Shown: positions 50,241 to 62,600 of the stretch, one piece after another | Position numbering within the stretch: position 1 is the stretch's first letter | Layout: each line of letters opens with the position of its first letter | NCBI RefSeq assembly: GCF_964204645.1 | Contig: NC_134025.1 | Coordinates: 9,858,001 to 9,922,000 of the forward strand | Source of the DNA: Tubulanus polymorphus | Lineage: Eukaryota; Animalia; Nemertea | Direction: 5' to 3' | DNA: 64,000 bases | Position numbers and translations under genes: made by a program | Notes under the pieces: generated by a model | What the model was told of the DNA's origin: nothing | The model's input: the letters and a program-made list of their open reading frames with translations, nothing else | Database searches by the model: none

Positions 50241-52877
50241 ATGATGGTTATCATTTTTCGCATATCAATATTCGTATGTATTTTGGCGGTTGCAAGATCC
50301 CTCTTCATTGGTAAGCATGATCTACGATATCATCTCATATAGAATCGCGTTAAATCTTCTATTCATTGTCTTAGTCTGGATGGGTATATCAACCCGTATA
50401 TCTCTCGTCATTACAGAAGCTGGATGCGGTGGCTTTATTGCTCCCGGTGCGGCGGATACCGGCCTGATACAAACACCTGGATATCCAACAAATTACAGTA
50501 TTTTGGATAAGTGCATATGGACGATACAAGCACCACTAAATCACCAAGTAAAGCTTATTATCATGGCTGTGCACGGTGAAGTTGGATCCGATGGTACATG
50601 TAATGACTATCTAGAGGTAACCAACTTGTACATTGTAATCACCATGAGTATCATTGTCATTGTTATCATGATATAAAATTATTTTCTCGATATAGAATAT
50701 GCTGGATGTAACAAAAAAGACAGCGGGAAAGTTATACGGAAAGCTTAGCTCGCGGAATACATAACCCATAGTAAAAAACCAATTGGTTTTCAAAAATCAC
50801 CTTGTAAAATTGCCAACGGATCTAAGAATAATTTTTTCCCGACCTTGTGGCTCTAATAAAAATTACCAATGGAATTTGGAAGATAAAACCTCGTGCAGAG
50901 AATTTGTAATTCGTGTACATTATGTGAACCATCGGGGATCATTACCATTTTCTCCTTATAGATTGCCATGTTCTTCAGAATCTCCGAAACCGATTATTGA
51001 ATACAAGTGCTCATGAATTTATACAACTATTAAAATCTAAGTGCAAACATCTCCATAAATGGTGGCTGATTTGGCTCTTTCGACCTAGAAAAATTTGGCA
51101 AAAAATTTGTAGCGAGAAAACTAATATTAAGCAATAGAAAACAAACCACTTTGTTTTCCCTAAACGTTTTTTTTTCTACGAACGTTCTTTTCTCGCTACC
51201 AAATTTGTTATCACATTTTTCTAAGTCGAAAAATAAACCCAGCATGGTCCGAATCAGCCCTAACAGATTCTTAGCCGACGGTCAGGGTTTCTTTTCAACG
51301 TAAACCAGAACTTAACCGGTGAATTTAGCCACCTTACTTGCAACCAGCCCCTGACCCAACGGTTTTAACTCGGCAATCAATACACTCGCGCGACAGGGAT
51401 TGCGGTTCATTATTGTAACAATTATTATAACATAGCGAAATGTCTTGATATTTCAGGTTCGTGACGGTAACGCTTCCGCCCCGCTGTTGTTCCACAGTTG
51501 TAGTTCAACTTCGAATGTGACGTTATACTCCAGTAGTCGGTGGATGTGGATGAAATTCTTTTCCAATTATATGACAACGAATTACGGTTTTAAGTCAGTA
51601 TTTTCCTTCAGTTACAAAGGTAAAACGAATACCGTGCAAAAGTTTCCGAAGAAAGTCTTACTATTTCCAAAAATCAGTGATCGTTGAAATGAACATCTGT
51701 TATCTGAGTAAATTACCAACACAATTTCAGATAAATACGTGTCTGATTAAATGTTGTGAAATTCATTATTAATTATGGTTTCCGTCGGGATTTTAAAATA
51801 ACAACATATTCACCAAGCAAATAAGAGGATATATCTCTCGAATTACGCTCCGAAACTTTGGAATATTTATAATCTATTGGAATACATATCTTTAGATTCA
51901 CAGCAGCTCAGAAGACACTTAAATGGTCATGTTCCAGGCACATTATCAATTCCATTCCGTCCTGCGGAGCGCATAAGAACTATCTTATAGGATTTTGCGC
52001 TATAGAATAGCTATTTATCATTATTATTATTATGTATCTAATCTTGTTTTGGTTTTTTGTAGCTGCTCCTCCGATGACAACAGATTATGTTGGTACGTAC
52101 GTAACCTTATATGTGATGAAACAAAGTAGTGCCTAATACGATCGTATATTTGTATATATGTATCTTTTTTTCTAGTGGATTGTAAAGGATTCCAGTACAC
52201 TTGCCCGAATAAAGAATGCATTAGCATTTCTTATATGTGCGACGGTCAAAACGATTGCGGATTTGTAGGGGGTAATTCTGACGAAAGCGACGAAAATTGT
52301 AAACCGTTTTCGTTACGTAAGTCGAACGCGCGAACTGAATCATGCCAGTCGATGACTTCGCCATCTATCGTAATGTAATATGCGTTTTTCTTTTTACGCA
52401 GCACTGGATTTCAGAATGGGTGTTGGTGTAGCGATTGGAATCGTGTCGTTTATTCTCGTGGTACTTCTGGCCGCGGCTACAGAGGGTTACTGCAGATGTG
52501 GAAAAGGCACCAAGTACACGTCACCTCAATCGTCTGGGGAATGCACACCGTGTTTGCCGTGTTGTAATAAGTCAGACGGTAGTCGCAGACCGTCCAAGGT
52601 GGTCAAGCGAACTTCCACGAATCCTGCAATTTTGATCTTGACGGGCGAAAACGAAAAATTCGAACAGATGGAACGAGACGGAAAACTGCGACCGAATTCG
52701 CTTATTTCTGCGATGCATATAGGCTCCAACGCCAATGCGAAGAACGCGACTGCCGAAACACCAGTGGAGGAAGCGGATAACAAGGCTGTGACTACTAACC
52801 TCGTTGTGGTCTCTAATAAAGATACGACGAAATCAAAATCAACGAATGCTACCAAAAGCAATGAAACGAAGGTCTGA
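50241..52877 (+). CDS. Single-pass membrane protein with one CUB and one LDL-receptor class A domain (MIG-13/Neto-like architecture), 359 aa
   Basis: Exons 50241-50310, 50417-50616, 51457-51619, 52063-52092, 52176-52316, 52402-52877 join in frame (1080 nt). Domains: signal peptide; CUB (CGG..GLIQTPGYPTNY..CIWTIQAP..CNDYLEVRDG..GF); LDLa with six Cys (C..CPNKECI..MCDGQNDC..SDE..C); TM; Cys-rich juxtamembrane tail. A probable 5'UTR exon ends at 50063. Confidence 0.9.
50701..51348. mobile_element. Nested MITEs in the second coding intron of the CUB-LDLa gene
   Basis: Outer ends GCTGGATGTAA / TTGCAACCAGC; inner element 51064-51259 with GGCTGATTTGG / CCGAATCAGCC ends. Confidence 0.45.
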
Positions 52878-55800
52878 TCTGCTACGCGTTTTTGACAATA
52901 ACCCTATGAAAAGTCATGTGTAATTGTATATATACTATATCAGTATTCAACATTTAGAGGCGACTCAGTAATCCGAGGAAAACAGGTCCCTGCTTGTTTC
53001 TCATCTTCGATTGGCTGTAATTAATATGTGTAAAAAATGCTTACGAATAAATGAATGGATCGTAGTGCAATAAGAATTGACGGCGGTCCGTAGTTTTCTG
53101 GTTGTTCCGTAGTTAAGTATTTAGTCTAGTACGATTGAATTACCGACAGATGCGACTTGGGTCATTTTTAATACGTTCTCACGCGCGCATAACCAACACA
53201 GGTGTCCTATCAATGGAATACCAGTCACAGTGTTGACCCGAGCACCGAGCATCTCAGCTCAGCGAACGACACGGCTTAGTTATTTTCGCGTCGGCTCTTC
53301 GTTCTGATGAACAGGAGTCGCAGCGGATAATCGAATTAAACCATGGTTAATCAGTCTTACCGAGAGATAAAATCACGTGGGAGTATAAGATGCGCTTTGA
53401 CGCGTCCGGGCATACGCGTCCAGAACCGTGGCGAATGGTCGAACGGTTGACTTCATTCTCTTTCACGCCGTCCATCTTATCATTAGTCTCAGGTGGTGAC
53501 GCAATATCTGCGCGATACATCGACTATAGTAGTTATTACGTTGTCATTTCGAGCTTCGTTGCATGACGTCCGATAAAGACTTAATGTTTCAGAATAAACG
53601 ACGATCGCCCGATTTGTCGGGCATCGGAACACTGAAACGGACGCGGCCAGCCTGTGATGCGTTGAACATAAACATCGTGAATGGTCAATGATTTATCCAT
53701 CAATTCTCAATGCGCAATAAATTTCGATATTCCCGCGCGTCGGAGTCACTGTTCACCCACGCGCATGATAGCAGATAACTCTTGGTTCTGTATAGCATTG
53801 GGCACATACCGGTAGTGACCATTTGGGTGCATCTAAAAGTGTGAATCAGTTTTACATGTAGAACATTTCTAGGTGCGTCGCAATAATAACTATACAAAAT
53901 AATGTAAAGTGAATTGAAAAAGATATGATGAAATAATGTGATTAAACTTTAATGAGAACTATCATTTCGCATTGAACGAAGATCTTTGTCGTTTACAAAA
54001 CAGGAGCCTCGGGATTGTCATGTTCTGATAAGAGTTGTTTTTCTTATCATGAAGTTAGCGCCTATAATACTGCGGTCTACAATGTGGCCCTTTTACCTTG
54101 ATAATTCAATCAAATTTCAAATCTACTTTTGTTGTGGCAACATTCTCCAACAGGCCTCGTAGCTAATTTTTGTCCATGCATGAAAAAACAAAACTATCAT
54201 GTCTGAAAGCGAAACGATGACACCCGCAATCCTTCAGCTAGCGCTCACGCGAGTAGTACCGGTACTTGAATTCCACTGAAAATTGAAGAATCGACGTTGA
54301 AATTATAACCATTCTGTATCTACTAACATCAACTAACGCTATGCCCTGAAGATTGCCTCCAGTTGACGGACCTTTTGGCTTATTGGGTTATGAAATTGGT
54401 AATTGTTAATTGCACAGTTTGAAATACAGATCGAATCAAACAACAAGATTTGATGGATCTTTCATTTTGTAAATTGAACCTCGCAGCACTATCGACTGAG
54501 GTTTTACTGCGCCGAACAGGGACGCATGATGTAGTGCGATCGTTGGGGCAAAAGGAGACCATATTGGTTTCGTTTCCGCAGCCGATGGTGTTGCATTTTT
54601 AAGAGTAATGTATTCCCAAATGGTATAATTTCCGCCCTTTAATTCATCAAAGGATCAAAGGCGTATTTGCCCCAAGTATCGGTGCTTTTTTTGCTGCACT
54701 TACAGATGGCTCCCCGTCGAGGGGCTGTGTTTGGAATAATAATTCAGCTATAGCAGCAGTGGTTAAACGGGACCGAAAACGTGTCATCGACACCACCAAA
54801 CATTGAAAGCCTACACGGCTGGATGACCGGCGAACGCTAAAAGCGTTGTAGAGTTTCATTTCGGAACAAAAATCCAGCCGTAAAATAGTTGTAAATTCAT
54901 TGTACCTTTTCAATGTCGCGGGTTTTTATTCGATAGAACGCGTGCGCTTTGAGACCCTAGTGCACTTATGGCGCCATTCAATTACGCATTGAGAAGCTGA
55001 AAAGCGTCTTGGTTGGAGATCTCATATTTTCGTCAAAAGCAATCATAACTATATCGTAGAATGTGCGAAGAACCGGATATTTCCGTCATATGCTGTGGTG
55101 TAATATTACACTGCAGTGCTTGATCACCGAGGATACGGTAGTCATGAGCCATCTGGAATTTTTCTACTATTTCACCTGGTTTTCAGTAAACCAAAACAAG
55201 CTTAGATATATTGAGTTGAAGTTTGCCTAACCTTAAGTAAACGGACGAGAATCCACAGTCCCATATAGATGCACGAAGCTAACACTGGGAAGAAGATCAT
55301 ATCAATTAATATTTTCTTGCAGCCTTTTGTTATGTTTTCTTTTCAAATTTCATCGAATCTCGGGCGAGAACCGATGTTTTCTTCGATTCTCATGCGAATA
55401 TTAGCAAAGACAGTCAGCTGCATATGAAAAGCTAAATTATTATGAAGATATTGGCCCCATCATACGGCAATTGTGAGTCCAATTTGAACATATCGCTTTG
55501 AGCGATTGCAAACTGAATGGTATTTTAACACGTATGATGAATTCTATTTCAAAAGAACTCGGCGGTATCCGAGGCCGTGAAGAGTTCGGGACATGACAGA
55601 AAACATTTTGAGAAAGAAATGTATTTCAACTTTTTTTCTCCGTCAATAACGAAATGCCCCTGGCAGCGATACCATGGGAGTAGTTGTGTGTCCGATTGAG
55701 AAATAGGTTTGTCGTAGGGTTCTGCATTCAGTAACGCGATACTGTGAGATTCATACCCAGAACTTATTTGACATTTAGTCAGGGAAAGTAGATATCGAGT

Positions 55801-56561
55801 CAGGTGCGCAGTATCAAAGCTGCCGATCTCCCTATCCTCGAGATCATGGGTTATATTCTTACAACGGCGTCGCGCGTAAATCACACGAATGGGCCAGAAA
55901 TTAGTAAATTTCTATTCTGTTTTTGTTTCACTTGCCATCGGTCGGTGGCCACCTGCGACGAGAAATAATTGCAATGATGGCGCGTGATTTATGATCCCTT
56001 AGCATTGCACAATGTGGTCCTGCAACTTTCCGGCAGATTCCCCCGTGTTACGTGGTTTTTCGTCATGCTGAATTAAGACAGAATCAAGCGCTAGAACAGA
56101 TGTAAGCACAATAGACAGTTTTGGAACATTAAATTCAAATTCACGTCGCTTTGAACTTATGCAACTTTCGATGTTATCTCATCACTTGATGGATGCGAAA
56201 GTGTTGGTGGACGTGGCCGTGGCCTAGCTATACAAGCGATGAAGCTGCTCTTCTGAAATGAAGAGGTTGCTAAAAACCGATGGTCGCGTCCGATTACCAG
56301 CAGCCATTGTCAACCCGACACGTGCTCGGTGCTTCGTCGTGGTAAATATGCTCAATAGTTTTTGATTAATAATACATTTCGAGTCTTAAGTGCTCTTAGA
56401 ATATCCTCCACATTCCACCTGAGGTGTGGGCGATTTGATCGTCTAAGTGGTCTTACTTCTGGACCCCCTGCCATTTGCTCACATGAAAATTAAGCCACAT
56501 TTCTTTCGCGAGTTTGTAATGGGTGCTTTTGGTGCTTATGGTAATTTTTCTTACACCTTAC

Positions 56562-56629
56562 CACCGGATCGGTTGGGGCCGCTTTTTTCCACCGCAAACA
56601 AGCGTCGGTGGCTCGTGCATTTCCGCCAT
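56562..56629 (-). other. Orphan candidate first coding exon (MAEMHEPPTLVCGGKKRPQPIR)
   Basis: Strong Kozak context GCCAACATGG, donor TG|GTAAGG, phase 2, locally GC-rich. I found no nearby downstream coding exons; it is in frame with the TRP acceptor at 34422. Confidence 0.45.
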
Positions 56630-59600
56630 GTTGGCTTCTGTTGTCCGATTCTCCACGCAGTCGCTAATAACAGATGAAAAACCTTTTGTCACTTGCGCTT
56701 CTTAACTGTTGGCGGCGCGCGTGTGTGTCCATGGTTATGCTTGGATCCCCGGGTCTTTCACGCGATGGTGCCATTTTTGTCATTTTACAAGACATCCTCG
56801 CGAGACCGTCGAAACATCGTCAACGGCCTAGTGACCAAAACAATTCTCATTTGAACTGATCACGGCCAGAACAGTTGGGGTGCTCTTCTTTTTCTGGTAA
56901 AAGTCTGCCCAATTATTATGATTATTTAGCAAATAGCTCGGAGCCCCTTTCACATGATAGTCACATAAGTTCGTCGCCACACTTAAGATTCTCATCCCCT
57001 GTGTGGATAGTGAAGCATGCATGTGAACGCGTAAAATTTTGTTTTTAAACAGTTTTGTATATTGAGATATTGAGTACCGTTCATCGGCGATGGCAACACA
57101 CCACCTGGGGCAGTAGCAAACGTGACCGATAAATACACGCTGCGAAATCAGAGAATGTGACAAAATGGAGGCTGATATCGCCATTTATTTTCATAATATG
57201 TTCTCCAATGACACACGACCTCCTGGCAAAGTTTATCGGCCGAAATATCCGCGGATGAAATGATCTAAAAACGAACATATGATTGAAAAAAGTGAAGATG
57301 AACTGATTGTATTCGGGGGTCATCGATCTAAGTCGCATCATCTGACCCAATTAATCAAATCTTCTGACAAGCGCCATTGTGACCGATTGCGCAGCAAGTC
57401 GGGCGATAACGTGCGGGTGTCCTCTAGCCAGATGGGGAAGGCCTTAACCAAGCTGATCTCTATCTGGGTAAAATAGTCCCGACTGATTTTAATCTTTTTA
57501 CCTAAAGAGTCGGATGATTCGCTTTCGTGATGAAATAGATACCATTGTCCCGCTTCTACAGAAGTTAATGTGTGGCGATGGTTTGATCGTCGGTCGTGAA
57601 ATGCTGCCGTCCATCCGGATCTAGCCCAGTTATCTAAACTGCAGGTCTTATTCGGGTGACTTTTCTGAATACGTGCACAGAACTACTGCTGCAGCAGCAG
57701 CAGCGTGATCTCCCCTTATACGATGCGGGGGGCTAAGAACTAATCGGTCTTAATTCGAGGCCCGATTTATCAACGTCTACTACAGCAATTCAGAACGCAT
57801 GATTTACGTTGGTCAATCGATGGAACACGTCAAACATCCCAAATCAGACACGCATGGGACCCACGACCTCTTCAAATACAACCGCAACAAAGCCAGATTA
57901 CCGATGCGATCGGGTGCTGTACGAGCACAACATTTGGCGCCTTTGTTGGCTTAGAAAATATCACCATTTTCTCAAAATGGCTCACCGTGTTTTTGCAACT
58001 TTTGTTCCGCAGAAACACCACGATGCATAAGGAATGTTGTATCCAAAATTGCTGTGAGCCTGTAATCAGAGATTATAATATGGCCTTTGTCCTTTCTTGG
58101 AGGGATGAAAAAGGATCGTGCTTATGTGCTTCTAATACCACATCGCGGTTGACCGCGTGAATATTCAGAATTCCGCCAAAATCCAGCATACCGGACACTT
58201 GTTCATAATCCGCCTGTGAATTCTGTAAGAATTGTGATTTATTTATTCACTTATCATACTAACTTCGCTTTTCTAGCGTTCCGTTGTAACACGCGCAAAT
58301 AACAAATATTTCTCAAAGATGGATATGACTTATTCAGGTCAGTTGTCCTTGTATCCCGGGCATCGTTTTGCGTTGAAAAATTGTGTGCAGCGCCGTTGTC
58401 AAATCTGCAAAAGATGAGAAACAACGCATTAAGATGATAAACGATTATGGGACGTCACCTGGCAAACTGAAATAATGAAAATCGGATTGTGAAAAATAAA
58501 ACGACAAATTGCCGGTTCGTCCACTAATTTGGCTAATAGTGCAGCATGAAAGCTGCAGATAGATCTATGACGACATCTAAATTGATAGGGTAAATGTTGA
58601 ATTTCATTGCTTTTAGGGGTTTTTGTGTTTTACGCCTTTTTCTATGCAGAAGCTATAAATAATGTTAAGATATTGCCGCAGAGCCATTAAAATGTCTCTA
58701 TTTGCCTAAGGTCGATACTAAATTGGGGAAACACCAACGCGACTCCTCATTAATACGTCGGGCCTGCAGGTTTTTATATCTTTTTTTTCGAAATTCAATC
58801 TATTTTAACAAAGATAAATGTTCGTGAATTAGTACCGAGGCACATTTTGACCATGTAGACAATACGTTGTATTCACTATATACACCGCTTACACTAGCCA
58901 AAATTGTCAAAATCCATGCAAAGACCCATATAATATGAATAAAACACGCATCGCAAATGTTTTTAGAAAAGCAGAAAAAATCACCCAACAATGCAGGACA
59001 AAATGTAGCCTGAAAAATGGCGGCAAGCATCTGTAAAATTGTCATAAATGCTTCGTCATAAATCAGTTGGTCGTCCGGTCGAGTGGTTAGGGTCTTCGGT
59101 TTTCACATTCACAGACGACACCATCAAATCTTTTCATTTATGTTTAAGCTACTCTTATTTGCCTTCGTTATAGAAGATGTGTCCTCGACATTAATCCTTT
59201 TTGTTTTTTGCCAACCCGTTACCCCGAAAGGGTAATTTCGTACGCATGATAAGCGCTAAATTGAGTCCACTGCACACCTGGCGAAAAATGCACTCAACAA
59301 AGAAACTGTGCCAAGCGTGTACATGACCATATTCACTATCTATGCAGCATTTATAAGCGCCTTTCCGTCATCCTGGCCATAAAGAAAGAATTCCCCTGTT
59401 CCTTTTACTATACTCCATCGCAAAAAGTTCAGAATGAGGGTCTTGCGAGGTGAAAATTATGTTTGAATTGATTCTAGTAGTACAGAAAATACTACAATAG
59501 ATCATGGACTGATGAGTCCATAAATAGATCAGCGGTTTTCTTTTCTGAAATTTATCAATTTGCTATGCCACACTATTATCTGAGTTTTAGTAATGACTTC

Positions 59601-62600
59601 AATGCGCATTGGCGACGATGGCAGCACAGTGCTTTGAGTACCTCGAACACCTGAGCGAACTTTGTGGTGAAAATCATTAAACGCAATAGATATTTGGCGA
59701 ACGGCAAGGCGCGCTGGAAAAATCACCCAGACACGAGTCGAATTTGACGCAGCACGCTTTGCGTAAACGCATTTCTGGCCTCGTGTGTGGGGCCTTTATG
59801 GAGGTATAAAACATGAATTCTGAATACATAGCCTCAAGTGCACCCTCGATTAATTAGAATACCAATAAAGGGATGCAAGGCCCCAGACAACGTTAAGCAC
59901 CCAAATGCCTTATGCCAGTTCATCAAATTCTTTGTCGACCGTAATTAATTAAAATGATCCCTCATCGAACTGAAGGTCGTATATCAGTTCGGGAATTAAA
60001 GCCCCAATTCCGTATTGAAAAGATTCATAGGGATCGTCCCGTCTGCTTTTGAATTCTTTGAAAACTAATTTCTGCAAGGACGTCGTCGTCGTCGTTTCGC
60101 TGATTTACTATTTTTCTAATCGGAGACATATGGGACAATCATAAATATCTGGAAGATGCCCGCTCGTCTGCTGTCTTGTCTATACGACGCGCACGTGGTT
60201 TCGGCTGCCCAAACCTTTCCCCGAAGGTAAACCCCTGCTGCTTTGATTTTCTGTCCGTCTGTGACCATAAACCGTGGTAGATGGGATCGTAAGCTAACGA
60301 TCGTAGATCCTCTGATGAAAAGCCATTTCATACAAGTTGAGTTGCTCCATACGTTAGAACGAACCATCCACGTGCTTTTTTCATTATTGTCCATTGAAGC
60401 GAAAAACGATTGTCATTATCGTGCTATTTTCTAGCGACCGATTCAACGTAGCTTTGATTGATTAATCCGAGGCCAATATCCCTCTCTAACCATTGAATGG
60501 CCATGAATCGGTGATAATCAAGGTCTTCCGGTTGATTTCTGATTGGCCATTCGAAGGCTGTACGAACAGCGATGGGAGTTGTGATCGGATCATTGATTGG
60601 ATAAGAATCAGTTAGCTATAAAAAGAGATGCTGCATTCAAAGTTCAATTACTTATATCACACTTTAAGCTATTTTGTTCAATGGAAAACGGTCAAACAGC
60701 GTCCCTCTGTATTGAAGGAGTCTATGAGTGTTATGAAATACTTCCGACCTTTTCAACAAGAATAAAACAAAGCATGAAAAAAATGATCACAAAGCGAAGC
60801 ACCTACGTGAGTGCAACGTACTTCATAAACTTAACGATTGTCACGTCCGAGCTTCTGAAAAAACAAATTTGATTCTTAGAAAAAAAACTCAAACGCCGGG
60901 GGCATGACATGCTCCTCTTTTCAGAAAGATTTTCAATTTTCTATTGTTCTTGGCGAAGTCAAGTCATTAGTTTGTGCCATCTCCAATACCTTGCGTTACG
61001 AACACGCCTACGTGTTTCTTTGTGCATTCGCAGTCAACAATAAAAATCCAAAATACTTTCACCATCCGCATGTGCCGCTGGTGTCATCAACGTGGGTACA
61101 ATTGGCTTATCGACTGTTTTAAGTGAAACGCACTGAAGATATACGGCCATTCGATCCCTGTAGAATCATCGATGAGCTGTCAGGCTTATCGGGTTACAAG
61201 GCTCAATAGGACTCACTCGATTTTCGTTTTTTTTTTTTGGTCAAAGCAGTTAACATTGACAAAACATAATGGGAGCCAGATTGAATTACGGCATTCAGGG
61301 TATATACATGGCATTGTTATTGGCATTTATACATTGTTTGACAAGCTTGATGCATTTAAAGCAGTTTTGATGTGTAACATTGGTCATAGCAGGGCCGAAA
61401 TAAGCTTAGCCTTTACGATACTATAATCCCTGGTTATTTTAATCGGTAATCTTGCGCGAAGTCCACGAATCTATTCGTCTTGAACTTGCACTTCAAAGCG
61501 GCCGGATGAATGATACACATTTTAACGGTATCGATGTAGTTTTTATCTGCGGGATGAATTACCATAGCTGAAGCTTGAGTCAATTTTCGGTGAAAGATTT
61601 TTGATTTGCATTACAGCACTTCACCAGTTGTAAGTTGTTTTTGTAGTTTTTTTCGCCCTATTGAAACTCGATAAATCTGAAAAAGCCCGCGAGCCGGTCG
61701 TCTTAATAACGTCGTCACTGAATTCAATGCGTCACGTCGCGTGAGTGACATGGGTGCTCGCGGAACTGTTTAGATTTCAGCAGTCTCCCAGAAGATTCGA
61801 ATCATCCTATTGTTCTTTGCGTTGACACTGGATTGACTTGCCCCGTCGCGGCGTGTGATAGCCGAACCGACAGGCTATACGCTGCAGCGCGTTATACCTT
61901 TCAATTTAGACTTTTAAATGGACAGAATTTTAAATCCTAAGGCAAATTCGGGATATTTGTTCAGGTTTTGGTAGTTTTCGCTTTGTCTGCGGCGAAGATG
62001 TTGATGAAGACTGGCATTATATTGTTGCTATAGTTACTCTTACCGGGATTAGGACCGGGCCGGTCTTTTGTTACGAGGCGACTTCTTCGCCGCGCGGCAG
62101 GGTCCCGGGGAGTTTTTACAAAACAGCGCTTACAACGCAAAAATTTTAATTAGTCTCCGCCAATTCTTATAAGACGACGTGGTTTACGTGAGTCTGGGGA
62201 TAAATAACCGCTAATGGGTAGCCCACTGCGCAGCACGGTTTTTGGTTTGCTACGAAGCCTTAACCGGATTTAACAGTAGGATATTCAAACAAATCTTCCA
62301 ATTCCAAACGAATTCAAAGGTACATACTTCCTTAGACAATGATGGTTTTAAACGTTGGCTGCGGTTGGCTTTATCCCACCATCTGCCTATCAGAAGCTAA
62401 TCGCTAGACAGTGATGACCACTGTTAGTGCTGTGCTTGATGAGCGCGACCAATTACCGCGCACAACAGACGCATCCAGATATATCGACAGATTATCGTCG
62501 AAACATCGTCTAATAATTTGTGGGAACTCAATTTCTAAGGCCCCAGACGATGTCTTCACGACCTAATCCTATACACGGGGCCAGTCACCCGCATTAGCTT

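Noticed and set aside
55549-55884. 111-aa minus-strand ORF downstream of the orphan exon at 56.6 kb
   Set aside because: Non-ATG start, no recognisable motifs, and I could not chain it to other exons with convincing splice sites.
57684-57732. (CAG)n run and a small hairpin
   Set aside because: Too short and not in a supported reading frame; likely background.
59066-59130. tRNA-like 5' half (GTCCGGTCGAGTGGTTAGGG), and a similar stretch near 56210
   Set aside because: No T-arm or acceptor stem follows. At most these are decayed SINE heads, not tRNA genes.
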